A stretch of 62,755 nt of DNA, filler included, from Craspedostauros australis (Eukaryota), in the NCBI GenBank assembly GCA_030167865.1. It is 16 parts of 16 records of this genome, joined end to end, with 100 filler letters (N's around TTAATTAATTAA, not from the genome) between each part and the next. Parts side by side here need not be neighbours in the genome. Positions count along the whole stretch, not along the records: positions 36,425 to 38,475 come from JALAGF010005410.1; positions 38,576 to 40,459 come from JALAGF010005411.1; positions 40,560 to 50,367 come from JALAGF010005412.1; 13 more parts are not named here. One strand, 5' to 3'. The notes below the pieces were generated by a model that was given only the letters and a program-made list of their open reading frames with translations, made no database searches and had not been told where the DNA came from. Shown one piece after another: positions 36,425 through 47,731 of this stretch; position 1 is the first letter of the stretch, and each line of letters starts with the position of its first letter. Position numbers and translations under genes: made by a program.

Positions 36425-38475
36425 GTCGAGAGTGTTTCACCAGGTATAGCAGCATGCCTACTCCACTTCGGTATCGGCTGTGTCGCTGTTCGTCCACCTT
36501 GGGTGCATTGCTGTTCCTTTGAATGCCCTGCCCTGGTGTTCCTGGTGTTCCGTATCGTTGTAGTTTCAGCACATCGCTCCCGAACGTGTCTATGATGTTC
36601 TTGAGGATGTGTGGTTGGTTCACCCAACAGTTCGTCTTGTCGTGGTTGAATATGATCTTGCAGCTCAGGTAGTCTTCGAGATCTTCCTCCACTTTGACCC
36701 CGAACCGTTCCGCTCGGATATCTTTCACGAGCTTCTTCAGTTCCTGCTTTTCTCCGATACAGAGACAATCGTCCACGTAGGTGCCGATCAAAAGCAGTTG
36801 CCCTTCCTGATTCCGAATCAGCAGGCATGGGTCTACCTCACTCTGTCTGAACCCCAATTTGAATAGGATGTCGNNNNNNNNNNNNNNNNNNNNNNNNNNN
36901 NNNNNNNNNNNNNNNNNNNNNNNTAGGATGTCGACGAGCTTCTTATTCCATTGTCTGGCACTCTGCACGAGTCCGTAGATGGTTTTCTTGAGCAGCAGGC
37001 ATTCATCCGTTTCGTGTTTCATGCCTTTCGGGCATTGCATATAGATCTCTTCGTCGAGGTCTCCATGCAAGAATGCTGTCTCAAAGTCGATGATGATGCT
37101 GTCTAGCTTCAGTATCATTTTCATGGTGAGCATGATACGGTAGGTTGCATCATGTATCACCGGTGCGTGGTGCGCTGAGAAGTCGACTCCTGCGATTTGC
37201 GAGTANNNNNNNNNNNNNNNNNNNNNNNNNNNNNNNNNNNNNNNNNNNNNNNNNNNNNNNNNNNNNNNNNNNNNNNNNNNNNNNNNNNNNNNNNNNNNNN
37301 NNNNNNNNNNNNNNNNNNNNNNNNNCCTTCTGGCCATATCGTAGAATTCCTTGTTGATGGCTTCTCGCCATTTCTTTCTCTTACTGGGGTCCGCGTGGTC
37401 CCAGCAGTCCTCGAATGTGGTTGGGTCCAGCAGCATAGCGATGCTCGCTATTTCCATCCCATCCTCATTCCGTTCGTTGTTCAATGCTTGGTCCACAGTG
37501 ATGATATCGTCGAGTCTCATCATTCCGTGAGGTGTATCTATCATCATACCTGCGATATCTCTGTTGAATGTTGACCCGTCCGCGTGGAANNNNNNNNNNN
37601 NNNNNNNNNNNNNNNNNNNNNNNNNNNNNNNNNNNNNNNNNNNNNNNNNNNNNNNNNNNNNNNNNNNNNNNNNNNNNNNNNNNNNNNNNNNNNNNNNNNN
37701 NNNNNNNNNNNNNNNNNNNNNNNNNNNNNNNNNNNNNNNNNNNNNNNNNNNNNNNNNNNNNNNNNNNNNNNNNNNNNNNNNNNNNNNNNNNNNTTTGGCC
37801 TCTTCATTAGCTCTCCCCTCATCGTCCCTTCCGAATTCGTCGCCGTCATTATCGTTCGACTCATTTTCCCCTTGGGTGGGAAGCAAGTCATCTTGCCCTC
37901 GCGCAGCGTCTTCTGTATCTTCTTTCTCTCCGGCTCTGCTGCTGCGATCTGCGTCGTCGGCCTCCNNNNNNNNNNNNNNNNNNNNNNNNNNNNNNNNNNN
38001 NNNNNNNNNNNNNNNATCGTCGAGTCTCATCATTCCGTGAGGTGTATCTATCATCATACCTGCGATATCTCTGTTGAATGTTGACCCGTCCGCGTGGAAA
38101 TCGGGTCCTCCTGTATCCGGTGGGGATGCGATAGTCTCTTGGGGTGTCTCGTACCCTTCGTCTGTATTTGGTTCTGACTCATCGCTTGATTCGAGGTCTC
38201 GCTCCTCCTCTGGGATGGGTTCTTTGTTGTACCCTGCGAGAGCACTCACCATCCTCGGTACGCGTTGCACAGGTTCTGCGATAGGGGTCTGCTNNGGCTC
38301 GNNTTTGGCCTCTTCATTAGCTCTCCCCTCATCGTCCCTTCCGAATTCGTCGCCGTCATTATCGTTCGACTCATTTTCCCCTTGGGTGGGAAGCAAGTCA
38401 TCTTGCCCTCGCGCAGCGTCTTCTGTATCTTCTTTCTCTCCGGCTCTGCTGCTGCGATCTGCGTCGTCGGCCTCC
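36425..38475 (-). mobile_element. Copia family A INT-RT linker and RT fragment
   Basis: DPTTFEDCW..WREAINKEF, DFETAFLHG, YGLVQSARQW, YVDD; closely similar to 2741-4250. Confidence 0.93.
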
Positions 38476-40559
38476 NNNNNNNNNNNNNNNNNNNNNNNNN
38501 NNNNNNNNNNNNNNNNNNNTTAATTAATTAANNNNNNNNNNNNNNNNNNNNNNNNNNNNNNNNNNNNNNNNNNNNAACGATCAACAATGAGTGGGCGGCT
38601 CCAGACAGCAGCTGGAGAGCTTCTGATCACACCCAACAACTTCACGCACGGCTGAGCATCGATCAGAGTATTCTGCCACCACCAGCTATCAATGCATCAG
38701 CAGTGATCCTTGCCAGATGTCATTTGGCAAGCAGTAGTGAATTGGCAGTGATGATTTACAAGAGAGAGAGAGAGGGAGGAGCATCCAGCACACCACTTGA
38801 CCCAACCAGAGAATCCACAGTTTACCCAACCAAGAGATTCCAGAAAAGCATATCCAGAAGAGAGCTGAGCATGCATGTTGGCAAGTTCCGCTCACGGAAG
38901 CCTATGATTGTGGAAGATGGTATTGGTTGATAGTCGTTCGTTTGCTATTTCATTACGTTGGCACTCCAATCCTCTTGGTGTCCATTCGTTCTCTTGCCTG
39001 ATGCTCTTGGCGCTTCAATCTGTTTCGTAGATTCAGTCTCCAACTATGAGTCGGTGTGCGAGATGCTCTCTCGCTGCTCTTCGTATTCTCTCTGTCTCAG
39101 CATTATGTGCTTCGTGCTACGCGATACTACATGTTCGATGCGTACTCCGCATTCAACACTCCGTTCATTCAGTACTGGTTCCTACTCCATGAGTACTTAC
39201 CATTTGAAGTTCATCTCCTGTATCCATGATCTTGATGCCCTTTGGTCATCGGATCTTTGCCTCCTGCTCTGACTTGGAGACAGATGTCAACGTGGTGACA
39301 CGATGACATCCTGTTGACGTCAGTAGGCGTCCTTCTGCTCTCCAGATGTCACGTTCCATTGGTGATGCAGCAGGCTGTCAGATGATATTGTCATCTGAGG
39401 TTTAGTTGGGAAGTACCTCGAGATTCTCTCGGTACCATCGATGGATGGACAGACGATATTTCCAATTCTCTCAGAAATCGTCGATTGCAACTTTCCTCCA
39501 GAAATTCTGCTCTTTTTCGTGTGTTCCATTTCCGCTGTAATTCTGACGAATCACATCATACTATTGAAACGAATGTAGTTATACCGTCCATACATGAATA
39601 AGAGAATAACAGGTGAACGATGCACATACACACGTACATCTTGACATATACACGCATGTACATCTCGACAAAGCTGGATGCTTGAGGTTGAATGGAGTCC
39701 AATGGTGTCAAAGCTTCCTGTTGCTTGCGCAAGGCCACCACAACATTGCTCCAACACTCTTTCCAACACCAACAATCATACACTTTTCAAAGGATCTCTG
39801 CCCATTGAATGTAGAGGAAAGATCCCAACCTGGATGCCNNNNNNNNNNNNNNNNNNNNNNNNNNNNNNNNNNNNNNNNNNNNNNNNNNACTGGTTCCTAC
39901 TCCATGAGTACTTACCATTTGAAGTTCATCTCCTGTATCCATGATCTTGATGCCCTTCGGTCATCGGATCTTTGCCTCCTGCTCTGACTTGGAGACAGAT
40001 GTCGACATGGTGACACGATGACATCCTGTTGACGTCAGTAGGCGTCCTTCTGCTCTCCAGATGTCACGTTCCATTGGTGATGCAGCAGTCTGTCAGAGAT
40101 ATTGTCATCTGAGGTTTAGTTGGGAAGTACCTCGAGATTCTCTCGGTACCATTGATGGATGGACAGACGATATTTCCAATTCTCTCAGAAATCGTCGATT
40201 GCAAATTTCCTCCAGAAATTCTGCTCATTTTCGTGTGTTCCATTTCCGCTGTAATTCTGACGAATCACAGCATACTATTGAAACGAATGTAGTTATACCG
40301 TCCATACATGAATAAGAGAATAACAGGTGAACGATGCACATATACACGTACATCTTGACATATACACGCATGTAAATCTCGACAAAGCTGGATGCTTGAG
40401 GTTGAATGGAGTCCAATGGTGTCAAAGCTTCCTGTTGCTTGCGCAAGGCCACCACAACANNNNNNNNNNNNNNNNNNNNNNNNNNNNNNNNNNNNNNNNN
40501 NNNTTAATTAATTAANNNNNNNNNNNNNNNNNNNNNNNNNNNNNNNNNNNNNNNNNNNN

Positions 40560-40695
40560 TTCACCATCTACCAGTATTCTAAATTGACTACTTGTGGAAC
40601 AGAAGACTCTCGTCCGGATCGCTTGCCAGTCAAGCCTCTGCCTACAGCTAAAGAACAGCCAACAAGACAACAGCCATTACGTTTGGGCTCTATTA
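40560..40695 (+). mobile_element. Right end of a second copy of the hAT-like MITE
   Basis: Nearly identical to 41572-41708, with identity ending exactly at GGGCTCTATTA. Confidence 0.75.
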
Positions 40696-41180
40696 AGGGT
40701 CGCTGGCATGTCCGTTCTGGATGATCTGCTTGATCTGGATTCCTTCTTCTGCTGCGGACTGCGGTTGAGCAGGCGTTGGACATTCTTCCTCAGCTTGCCT
40801 GGCGACAGCGACATCGACTTGTTGCCGGACGATGAGGAGGAGGCTACTGTTCTGCTGCTTCTGGGAACAGCGCCATGGTGGGTTGGCATGGTACTGCTGC
40901 TGCTGCTACTTCTTTTGGTGCTAGTGGAGCTGTCCTGTTCTGATGGATGTAGCAGTGGATGTAGCAGTGGATGTGGATGATTGAGAAGTTATGAGGTTGC
41001 CGATGTTGCCGATGTTGTTGCTATGATGCTGTACGGCTGCTGTACGACTGTTGTTCCACTTGGTGGCCAACTTGATGGTCAGGTTGAAGTGTTGGTGCTG
41101 ACGTTCCAGAGAAGGAAGGAAGGAAGGAAGGAGAGCGATGCGTCTCTGTTTGGCTCTGCGTTCGCTGGTGTAGCAGCAGC

Positions 41181-41708
41181 TAATAGAGCTAAACTAGTAA
41201 CCACCTTAGCGAGAGAGACTACGAATCATCCGACTCGTCAGCATTCCAGTAGATCGAACGGACACTTCGCCGAACCCCACGTTTGGAGACAGATCCAGAA
41301 CCTTGAAGCGGATCTTCGGAATTCGTGTCAAGGAACCAATGGGGTTCCGATAACCAAGTTTCTGACACCCGCTGTCGCCAAAACACCGACGCACGGAACC
41401 AAAGCCACAACAACGGGCATCATCGCCCATTGTCTCTCACAGAACCCAGATGACGGATCTCGACCCACGGTACTCGGGCTACACAACCCACACGCATTGT
41501 CAAACAGGACACCACAGGAGATTCCCCTCGAAGAGAAGAACCATAGCACTAATCTCATAATCCGCACGTTTCTTCACCATCTACCAGTATTCTCAATTGA
41601 CTACTTGTGGAACAGAAGACTCTCGTCCGGATTGCTTGCCAGTCAAGCCTCTGCCTACAGCTAAAGTACAGCCAACAAGACAACAGCCATTACGTTTGGG
41701 CTCTATTA
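41181..41708. mobile_element. Non-autonomous hAT-like MITE (528 bp)
   Basis: TIR TAATAGAGC / GCTCTATTA. The 8-bp flanks GCAGCAGC and GCAGCAAC match at 7/8. The second copy fixes the right boundary. Confidence 0.75.
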
Positions 41709-43687
41709 GCAGCAACTCGTGCGAAGCAATGGACCAACTCCGATCCAATTCCTCTGATCGCAAGACCGGATCTCGATGCGGCAGATCAGGCAATTCAGCA
41801 CCTTCCGTGAAAGATTCGATCGCTGAGGATAATTGAAGGAACGAGAACGGCAATGAGGCCCACAGAGATGGACATTGACAGAATACAGTAAGCACACAAG
41901 CACACAAGTACGCGATGAACAGACAAAGACTTGTGTGAGTTGGGAAGTGGCGGACGCTTGCACCAATACGAATCGTGCGTGGGTATGTGCGTTCGTTCGA
42001 GTCTGCGGAATGCCATGACCCGCGGATGTTGTCAACGCCATTGTCGATGTCTCCTCACTGCGCTGCCCTGTGCTGCAACAACCGAACCGTCTCTGCTCCT
42101 CGTGGTGTGGGCTGTACGAGTCGGCTGTGAACCACTCGGTCTTGCTCGTTGGCTGTCTTGCTGGCCTGTCTTGGTGTGTTCTTACCTCAGCGGATCTCGC
42201 GTTGTTGGCTGCTGACCTTGTCGTGTTGGTATGGATAGTACGCTGTGTTGTTGGGATGCAATGGGATGGACGATGACGACGATGGTGATGGTGGCAATGA
42301 TGGTGGCAATGGTGGTGGCAACGGGAGAAGTGGTTGGAGTCTTCGCGACTACGAGTATGAGAACTTCTGAGTGGAGGGTGCGATGTTATGATCGGTAAAC
42401 ATGTCTTTGTCGATTGTGGATGAAGTGTGCATCGTTGCCGTTCTTGTCGTTCNNNNNNNNNNNNNNNNNNNNNNNNNNNNNNNNNNNNNNNNNNNNNNNN
42501 NNGAGGGTGCGATGTTATGATCGGTAAACATGTCTTTGTCGATTGTGGATGAAGTGTGCATCGTTGCCGTTCTTGTCGTTCTTGTCGCTGTTGTCTCTGT
42601 TGTTGTTGTTGTTGTTGCTGTTGTCCTCCTCTCCCTTCTTGTTCGTTGCTTCTTGGCCTCGCTGCTTCTTGTTGCACATCGTCAACAACCCACAATTTCG
42701 AAAATCCGTCTTGTCCCTGTCTCATTCGCTGGTTGCGCTTCGTTGGCATTTCTCCATAGGCGCATTGGTCCGTACTGCATGCCATGGTTGGAGCTCCGTG
42801 TTTGTACACGCAATTGGGAGAGTTGCCATGGTGGCAACATGACGAGCAGAGTACTGCTGTCACAATCAATCAATCATCTCCGAAGCACCGCCCACCCGTC
42901 CACCGCACCATCTGACGAGCGCTGAGCTTTGGCAATGTTGGCAACGCCGCAGACTGCACCATAGACTGCACCACAGACTGCACTACAGACCGAGTCATAG
43001 ACTCCATCGCAATCTGCAACAGAGCAAACGCAAAGGCCAATACCAACGTTCACACTCGTATGTACAGAGTAACCATGTTGTGTCGCGACATGGGTTATGA
43101 GCGTTAATTTCTTGTGTTCATGCAGGGTGTGGACTGGCTTCGTGGTTCGATTCCGCAGCGCGCTATTTTGACACAGTTGCAGTGGGGTACGACGATCCAT
43201 GCATGACGCCAACGGATACCACCATCCTTTTCCACACAATTCCTTCTGTACAACTCCTTCCACATCATTGAAACCAACGAACGCGGAAACCACTTGATTG
43301 GCGACGACGACCACGGCGACAACAGCGGTGGCCAGACCATCGTCGTCATGCCGCACTGTCCAATGATGCTGTATGGTACACCAACGTGCTGTTCACCAAC
43401 CAGGATCATCTGCTGCTCAGCGACATGATCATCAGAAATGCATTGGCCAAAGAGCATACCTTTCTGTCCAGCCAGTCAGGCTGTGCTGCGCATGATACGG
43501 TCGTGCATAGAACAGCATGCTGCGCGAGTCACCAAAGGCAAGATCCAAGATTTGCCGGGCGCACCATTGGATGTATCACTGATAACTAGCTTACGAAATA
43601 TGGTGGAGTGGTTACTTCTCTGATTACAGCCTATTCATTTCCTCTTCTTCATGACGCGCTCACTTCTCTGTCTACTGTTGTTGTGAT

Positions 43688-45866
43688 TCACTCCTCTTCT
43701 CCAGCGGCAGCGCCATCGGCCTCAGCCACCCTGGAAGGTGCGACGGACCGCACGAGGTTCATCAACGTTGTACGATTCATGTATGAATCCACTTGCGCAG
43801 TACCCTCACTTTCATCCACGACCTTGTACAAATCCATCATGGACATGGCACTGTACTCATCATCAACTTCATTGTTTGCCGCTCTCCCACTGCAGATGGC
43901 ATGAATGCCTTCAATCAGTCGAGGATGTAGAATCAGCTTGCTGCAATCTTCACGAGCGAGTAAAGTCTGCATGTTTCGAGCTGCCATTCTCGTTGCTGCA
44001 TCCTTCAACACCACGCAGTTGTGTTGATCAGCGAAGATCAACGCATCTACCATGGTGTCTTCTGTGAGATGAGTGCGGGCCAACTCTGCTTCAAGAACNN
44101 NNNNNNNNNNNNNNNNNNNNNNNNNNNNNNNNNNNNNNNNNNNNNNNNNNNNNNNNNNNNNNNNNNNNNNNNNNNNAGTTGGCTGGTCAGCGCCATCATC
44201 ATCGTCATGAGCGCCATCGCGGGTATCAGTATCGTTGTCCGGAGTGCTGTGATCGAAGGATATCTCACCTGTGTAGATGCATTCGAGGACACGTTGGACA
44301 TGCTTGGGTTGATGGTTGGGAAGAGGGATGAGCCTGCGGGTGAGGGCAGTGGCAGAATCAGTGCCGTCATCAGTGCCGTCATCGACATGCTGANNNNNNN
44401 NNNNNNNNNNNNNNNNNNNNNNNNNNNNNNNNNNNNNNNNNNNNNNNNNNNNNNNNNNNNNNNNNNNNNNNNNNNNNNNNNNNNNNNNNNNNNNNNNNNN
44501 NNNNNNNNNNNNNNNNNNNNNNNNNCGAACAGCGCTGCGACGATCTTGGTCGATGCTGATGTTGGTTGTTGTGTGGATTTTAGGATTGTTGTGCTTGGTT
44601 GGTGTTGTGATGGTGTTTGTGTTGCTTTGCTTGCGCACCTGCGTCTCTGTTTGCAGCTGTGTCTGCAGTTGCAAGTTGCGACGACTGAGATGACCGAGAC
44701 GCTTCATGATTGATGTCATCATCTTGACCTGCTTGTTCGCNNNNNNNNNNNNNNNNNNNNNNNNNNNNNNNNNNNNNNNNNNNNNNNNNNGGGATGAGCC
44801 TGCGGGTGAGGGCAGTGGCAGAATCAGTGCCGTCATCAGTGCCGTCATCGACATGCTGATGTTGGATTCCCGAGTCGATCAATGTCTGAATGGACGGAAC
44901 AGTGACCATGAGGACTCCGGAGTTTGCTTTGATTGGCTGTTGTTCGTCGCCTTGTCCGCACAGGAAGGTGGTGTCTGCCTTGGCCTCAGACCGAACAGCG
45001 CTGCGACGATCTTGGTCGATGCTGATGTTGGTTGCTGTGTGGATTTTAGGATTGCTGTGCTTGGTTGGTGTTGTGATGGTGTTTGTGTGGCTTTGCTTGC
45101 GCACCTGCATCTCTGTTTGCAGCTGTGTCTGCAGTTGCAAGTTGCGTTGACTGAGATGACCGAGACGCTTCATGATTGATGTCATCATCTTGACCTGATA
45201 TTCCGCTTTGATTAATTCGACGGGTGTTTTGTTGTCGTTGTTTTGGATGTCGATATTGACCTTGGCTGATTCGATGAGGTACTTGACGCATTCAGAATAG
45301 CCGCCGGCGCATGCTCGATGGAGTGGAGTGTCGCCATCGTTGTTCTTGCAGTTGACATCGGCGTTGCATGTTTCGATGAGGTACTTGACACACTCCAGGC
45401 TGCCATAGTAGCATGCTCTATGAAGTGGAGCGTAGCCATCGTCGTTTTTGCAGTTGACATCGGCGTTGGCTGATTCGATGAGGTACTCGACGCATTCAGA
45501 ATGGCCTTCAATGCATGCATCGTGAAGTGGAGTGTTGCCACCTTTGTTCTTGCAGTTGACATCGGCGTTGCATGTTTCGATGAGGTACTTCACACACTCC
45601 AGGCTGCCTTTGCTGCATGCTGTATGAAGTGGAGTGTCGCCATCGCCGTCTTTGACCTTGTTGACATCGGCGTTGGCTGATTCGATGAGGTACTTCACAC
45701 ATTTCAGGCTGCCTCCAACGCATGCTTTATGAAGTGGAGTCCAGCCACAGTAGTCTTTGACCGTGTTGACATCACGTCCTTCATTCTGCTCCTTCCATTC
45801 CTTCAACACCGACAGATCACCTCTCTTGGCAGCATTAAGGAGTTGTTTGTTCGAGACATTCGGCAT
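43688..45866 (-). CDS. Ankyrin repeat + BTB/POZ-BACK protein (putative Cullin3 adaptor)
   Basis: About 6 TPLHxAC ankyrin repeats, BTB-like ADTTFLCG..IKANSGVL..VLECIYTG, BACK-like VDALIFADQHNCVVLKDAA. ATG at 45866. A segment is duplicated across gap 44741-44790. Confidence 0.85.
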
Positions 45867-46094
45867 GTTGGTCGTTGGTTGTTGAGCTGTTGGTAGACAA
45901 ACAATTGCTGGATGATTGCTCAATGTGTTCACGGTCTTATGATGAAGATGCTGACTGATGGTATGAGACCAAACTGTTGCAAGGAATAGCAAGGTTGTTG
46001 TTGTCTTGTTCGCACGTTCTGTTTCTCTGTTCCATGATTGCACTCTTGTTTGTCGTGGAAGAGGTGGTTGGTGCGGATCCTTCTCGACATCCAC

Positions 46095-46264
46095 TGACAA
46101 TTCTCACAGAATTCCTTACTTCTTACTCTTCTACTAATCCTATTAGTCAAATACTGGTCGGGGGCTGTCTTCGGACAGCACTCACAAATAAACAACAAGA
46201 GCTCCGACCAGGGCACGAAACAACGGGCCAATACATCTTTCGTAGTTACTTGCACTGTTTGACA
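46095..46264 (+). repeat. 5' LTR, 170 bp
   Basis: TGACAA...TTTGACA. The first 20 bp equal 36218-36237, and the 3' two thirds resemble 50607-50703. AATAAA is at 46187. Confidence 0.85.
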
Positions 46265-46294
46265 GATTAAGAGTCGTGCTTACCAACACTGAGC
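46265..46294 (+). promoter_or_regulatory. Primer-binding site complementary to the 5' half of tRNA-Lys(CUU)
   Basis: GATTAAGAGTC complements GACUCUUAAUC (nt 30-40 of typical eukaryotic tRNA-Lys CUU). Downstream TGCT, TACC and ACTGAGC complement the D arm. Confidence 0.8.
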
Positions 46295-46333
46295 AACACC
46301 ACACCACCTTTCACCATCTTACGAGTTGCCACC

Positions 46334-47731
46334 ATGGACCGACCAACCAACATCAACACCTTCAACAAGATCATCCAAGAGCTGGTACAGCTCGATGACG
46401 AGGAGATGGCGTTCATCGGCGAGAAACTCGGGAGAATCAATCGTGTCATCCGCAATCCGGACATCACAATCGTGGCAGCTTTGGCGCTCTCGCCAATGCT
46501 GTCATCAATCAACATCACAAACATCCTCCGCATCTTCGCGTACGCGCGAGCCAACACCATCACTGCACGCACCGATTGGGCAGCAATCGACTTGTTCAAC
46601 GAAGCGAACAGCTACGATCCATCGGCAGTCGGCACGCCAGTTGCGAACGCAGCTGCTCAAGTGCGATCGGAAATGGCGATCAGGGAGGCAGCCGCAGCAG
46701 CGGATGCCACTGGAACCGCGGGTCGCGAAATCACCGCCAGCTCACCGAGCCGCGCGAGACGCACCCCACGGTCACCACGAACCCCACGGACTCCATCAGG
46801 ATGGAAGTTCGACAAGATCAGCATGCCAGAGGCACCTGAGTTCACCGGGAACAACAGCAACTGGTATGACTGGAAGATCGCATTCAAGCGGCAGCTGGTC
46901 ACATCCAGATACGCCGCGTACCTCGAAGTTGACAAGCCATCACACTTCAGCGCGGAGATCGATGCACAGCTCTACACTGTCCTGCACACCAAGACAGAGA
47001 AGGGGTGCGCAGCATTCATCGTGGAAGCGCATGACCCGAACGGCCATGACGCATACCAGGTGCTCGTACGCAACTACGAGTCCGTCGACCACAAAGCTGA
47101 GGCCATCGCAGAAGAAGAACAGAAGATCGCCGAGCTCCGTTACGACGGATCAGAGCCCTTCCCAGTCTTCGTCAATGACTTCTCCAAATGCATCCGTGTC
47201 ATGGAGCAGAACGGAAAGCAGATGACCGACCAGCAGAAGATCGCGAAGTTCTTTCGCAACATTACCGACGATCGCTTCACAAGCGAGATGTCCAGATTCC
47301 GTAACACGGAACAATCCTTCAACACAATCCGCGAGGCATTCATGCAACATGATGCGCTACTCACGAAGTCGGAAGGACACTACTCTCCCAAGCGCAACCG
47401 TCGCTACCAGCAGAAGGACAACAAGGACGATCGCAAGAGGCCACGCGAATCCTCCAAGTGGGATCGCAAGGGCGCCGCATCGTTTCGGTTGCCGGACTCC
47501 GTCTTCCGTCGCATGCCGGTGAGCACTCAAGTGCTCCTCGTCGAAGCGTCTCGTCACTTCCGCACCACGGGGAAACCAATCGATGAGGAAACCCTCAAGC
47601 GCAACAAGCCAGCAGACTATGCGCGCAACCTCGAGTTGCCCATGACCCAGCGAGGGCCCAAGCGGCCTCGCACGGGCGATCACAAGACCAGACGATCCGG
47701 CACCCAAGGACCATGGAACGCCGGTTCTTGA
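46334..47731 (+). CDS. CoDi gag (465 aa)
   Basis: GCCACCATGG start; PEFTGNNSNWYDWK, NGHDAYQVL and LRYDG gag-like motifs; lies directly after the PBS. Confidence 0.85.
   Translation: MDRPTNINTFNKIIQELVQLDDEEMAFIGEKLGRINRVIRNPDITIVAALALSPMLSSINITNILRIFAYARANTITARTDWAAIDLFNEANSYDPSAVGTPVANAAAQVRSEMAIREAAAAADATGTAGREITASSPSRARRTPRSPRTPRTPSGWKFDKISMPEAPEFTGNNSNWYDWKIAFKRQLVTSRYAAYLEVDKPSHFSAEIDAQLYTVLHTKTEKGCAAFIVEAHDPNGHDAYQVLVRNYESVDHKAEAIAEEEQKIAELRYDGSEPFPVFVNDFSKCIRVMEQNGKQMTDQQKIAKFFRNITDDRFTSEMSRFRNTEQSFNTIREAFMQHDALLTKSEGHYSPKRNRRYQQKDNKDDRKRPRESSKWDRKGAASFRLPDSVFRRMPVSTQVLLVEASRHFRTTGKPIDEETLKRNKPADYARNLELPMTQRGPKRPRTGDHKTRRSGTQGPWNAGS

Noticed and set aside
39543..39575. Hammerhead ribozyme core (CTGACGA...GAAA)
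   Set aside because: The intervening bases cannot form stem II.
39172..40459. Apparent tandem duplications flanking N gaps (also near 883-993, 10798-11669, 21217-21392, 23770-24659, 37504-38475, 42374-42572, 44325-45196, 48828-49497, 51194-51736, 55188-55723, 56535-56687)
   Set aside because: Near-identical sequence on both sides of ~50-N gaps indicates unmerged overlaps or haplotypes. Duplicated domains in the ORF track there are probably artefacts.
46265..46294. tRNA-Lys gene on the minus strand
   Set aside because: Only the 5' half matches, with indels and no T arm or acceptor stem. Its position right after an LTR fits a PBS.
47713..47731. Independent pol start at ATG 47713 or a -1 frameshift
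   Set aside because: The frame link to the protease passes through a placeholder gap and there is no slippery heptamer. Not excluded, but unsupported.
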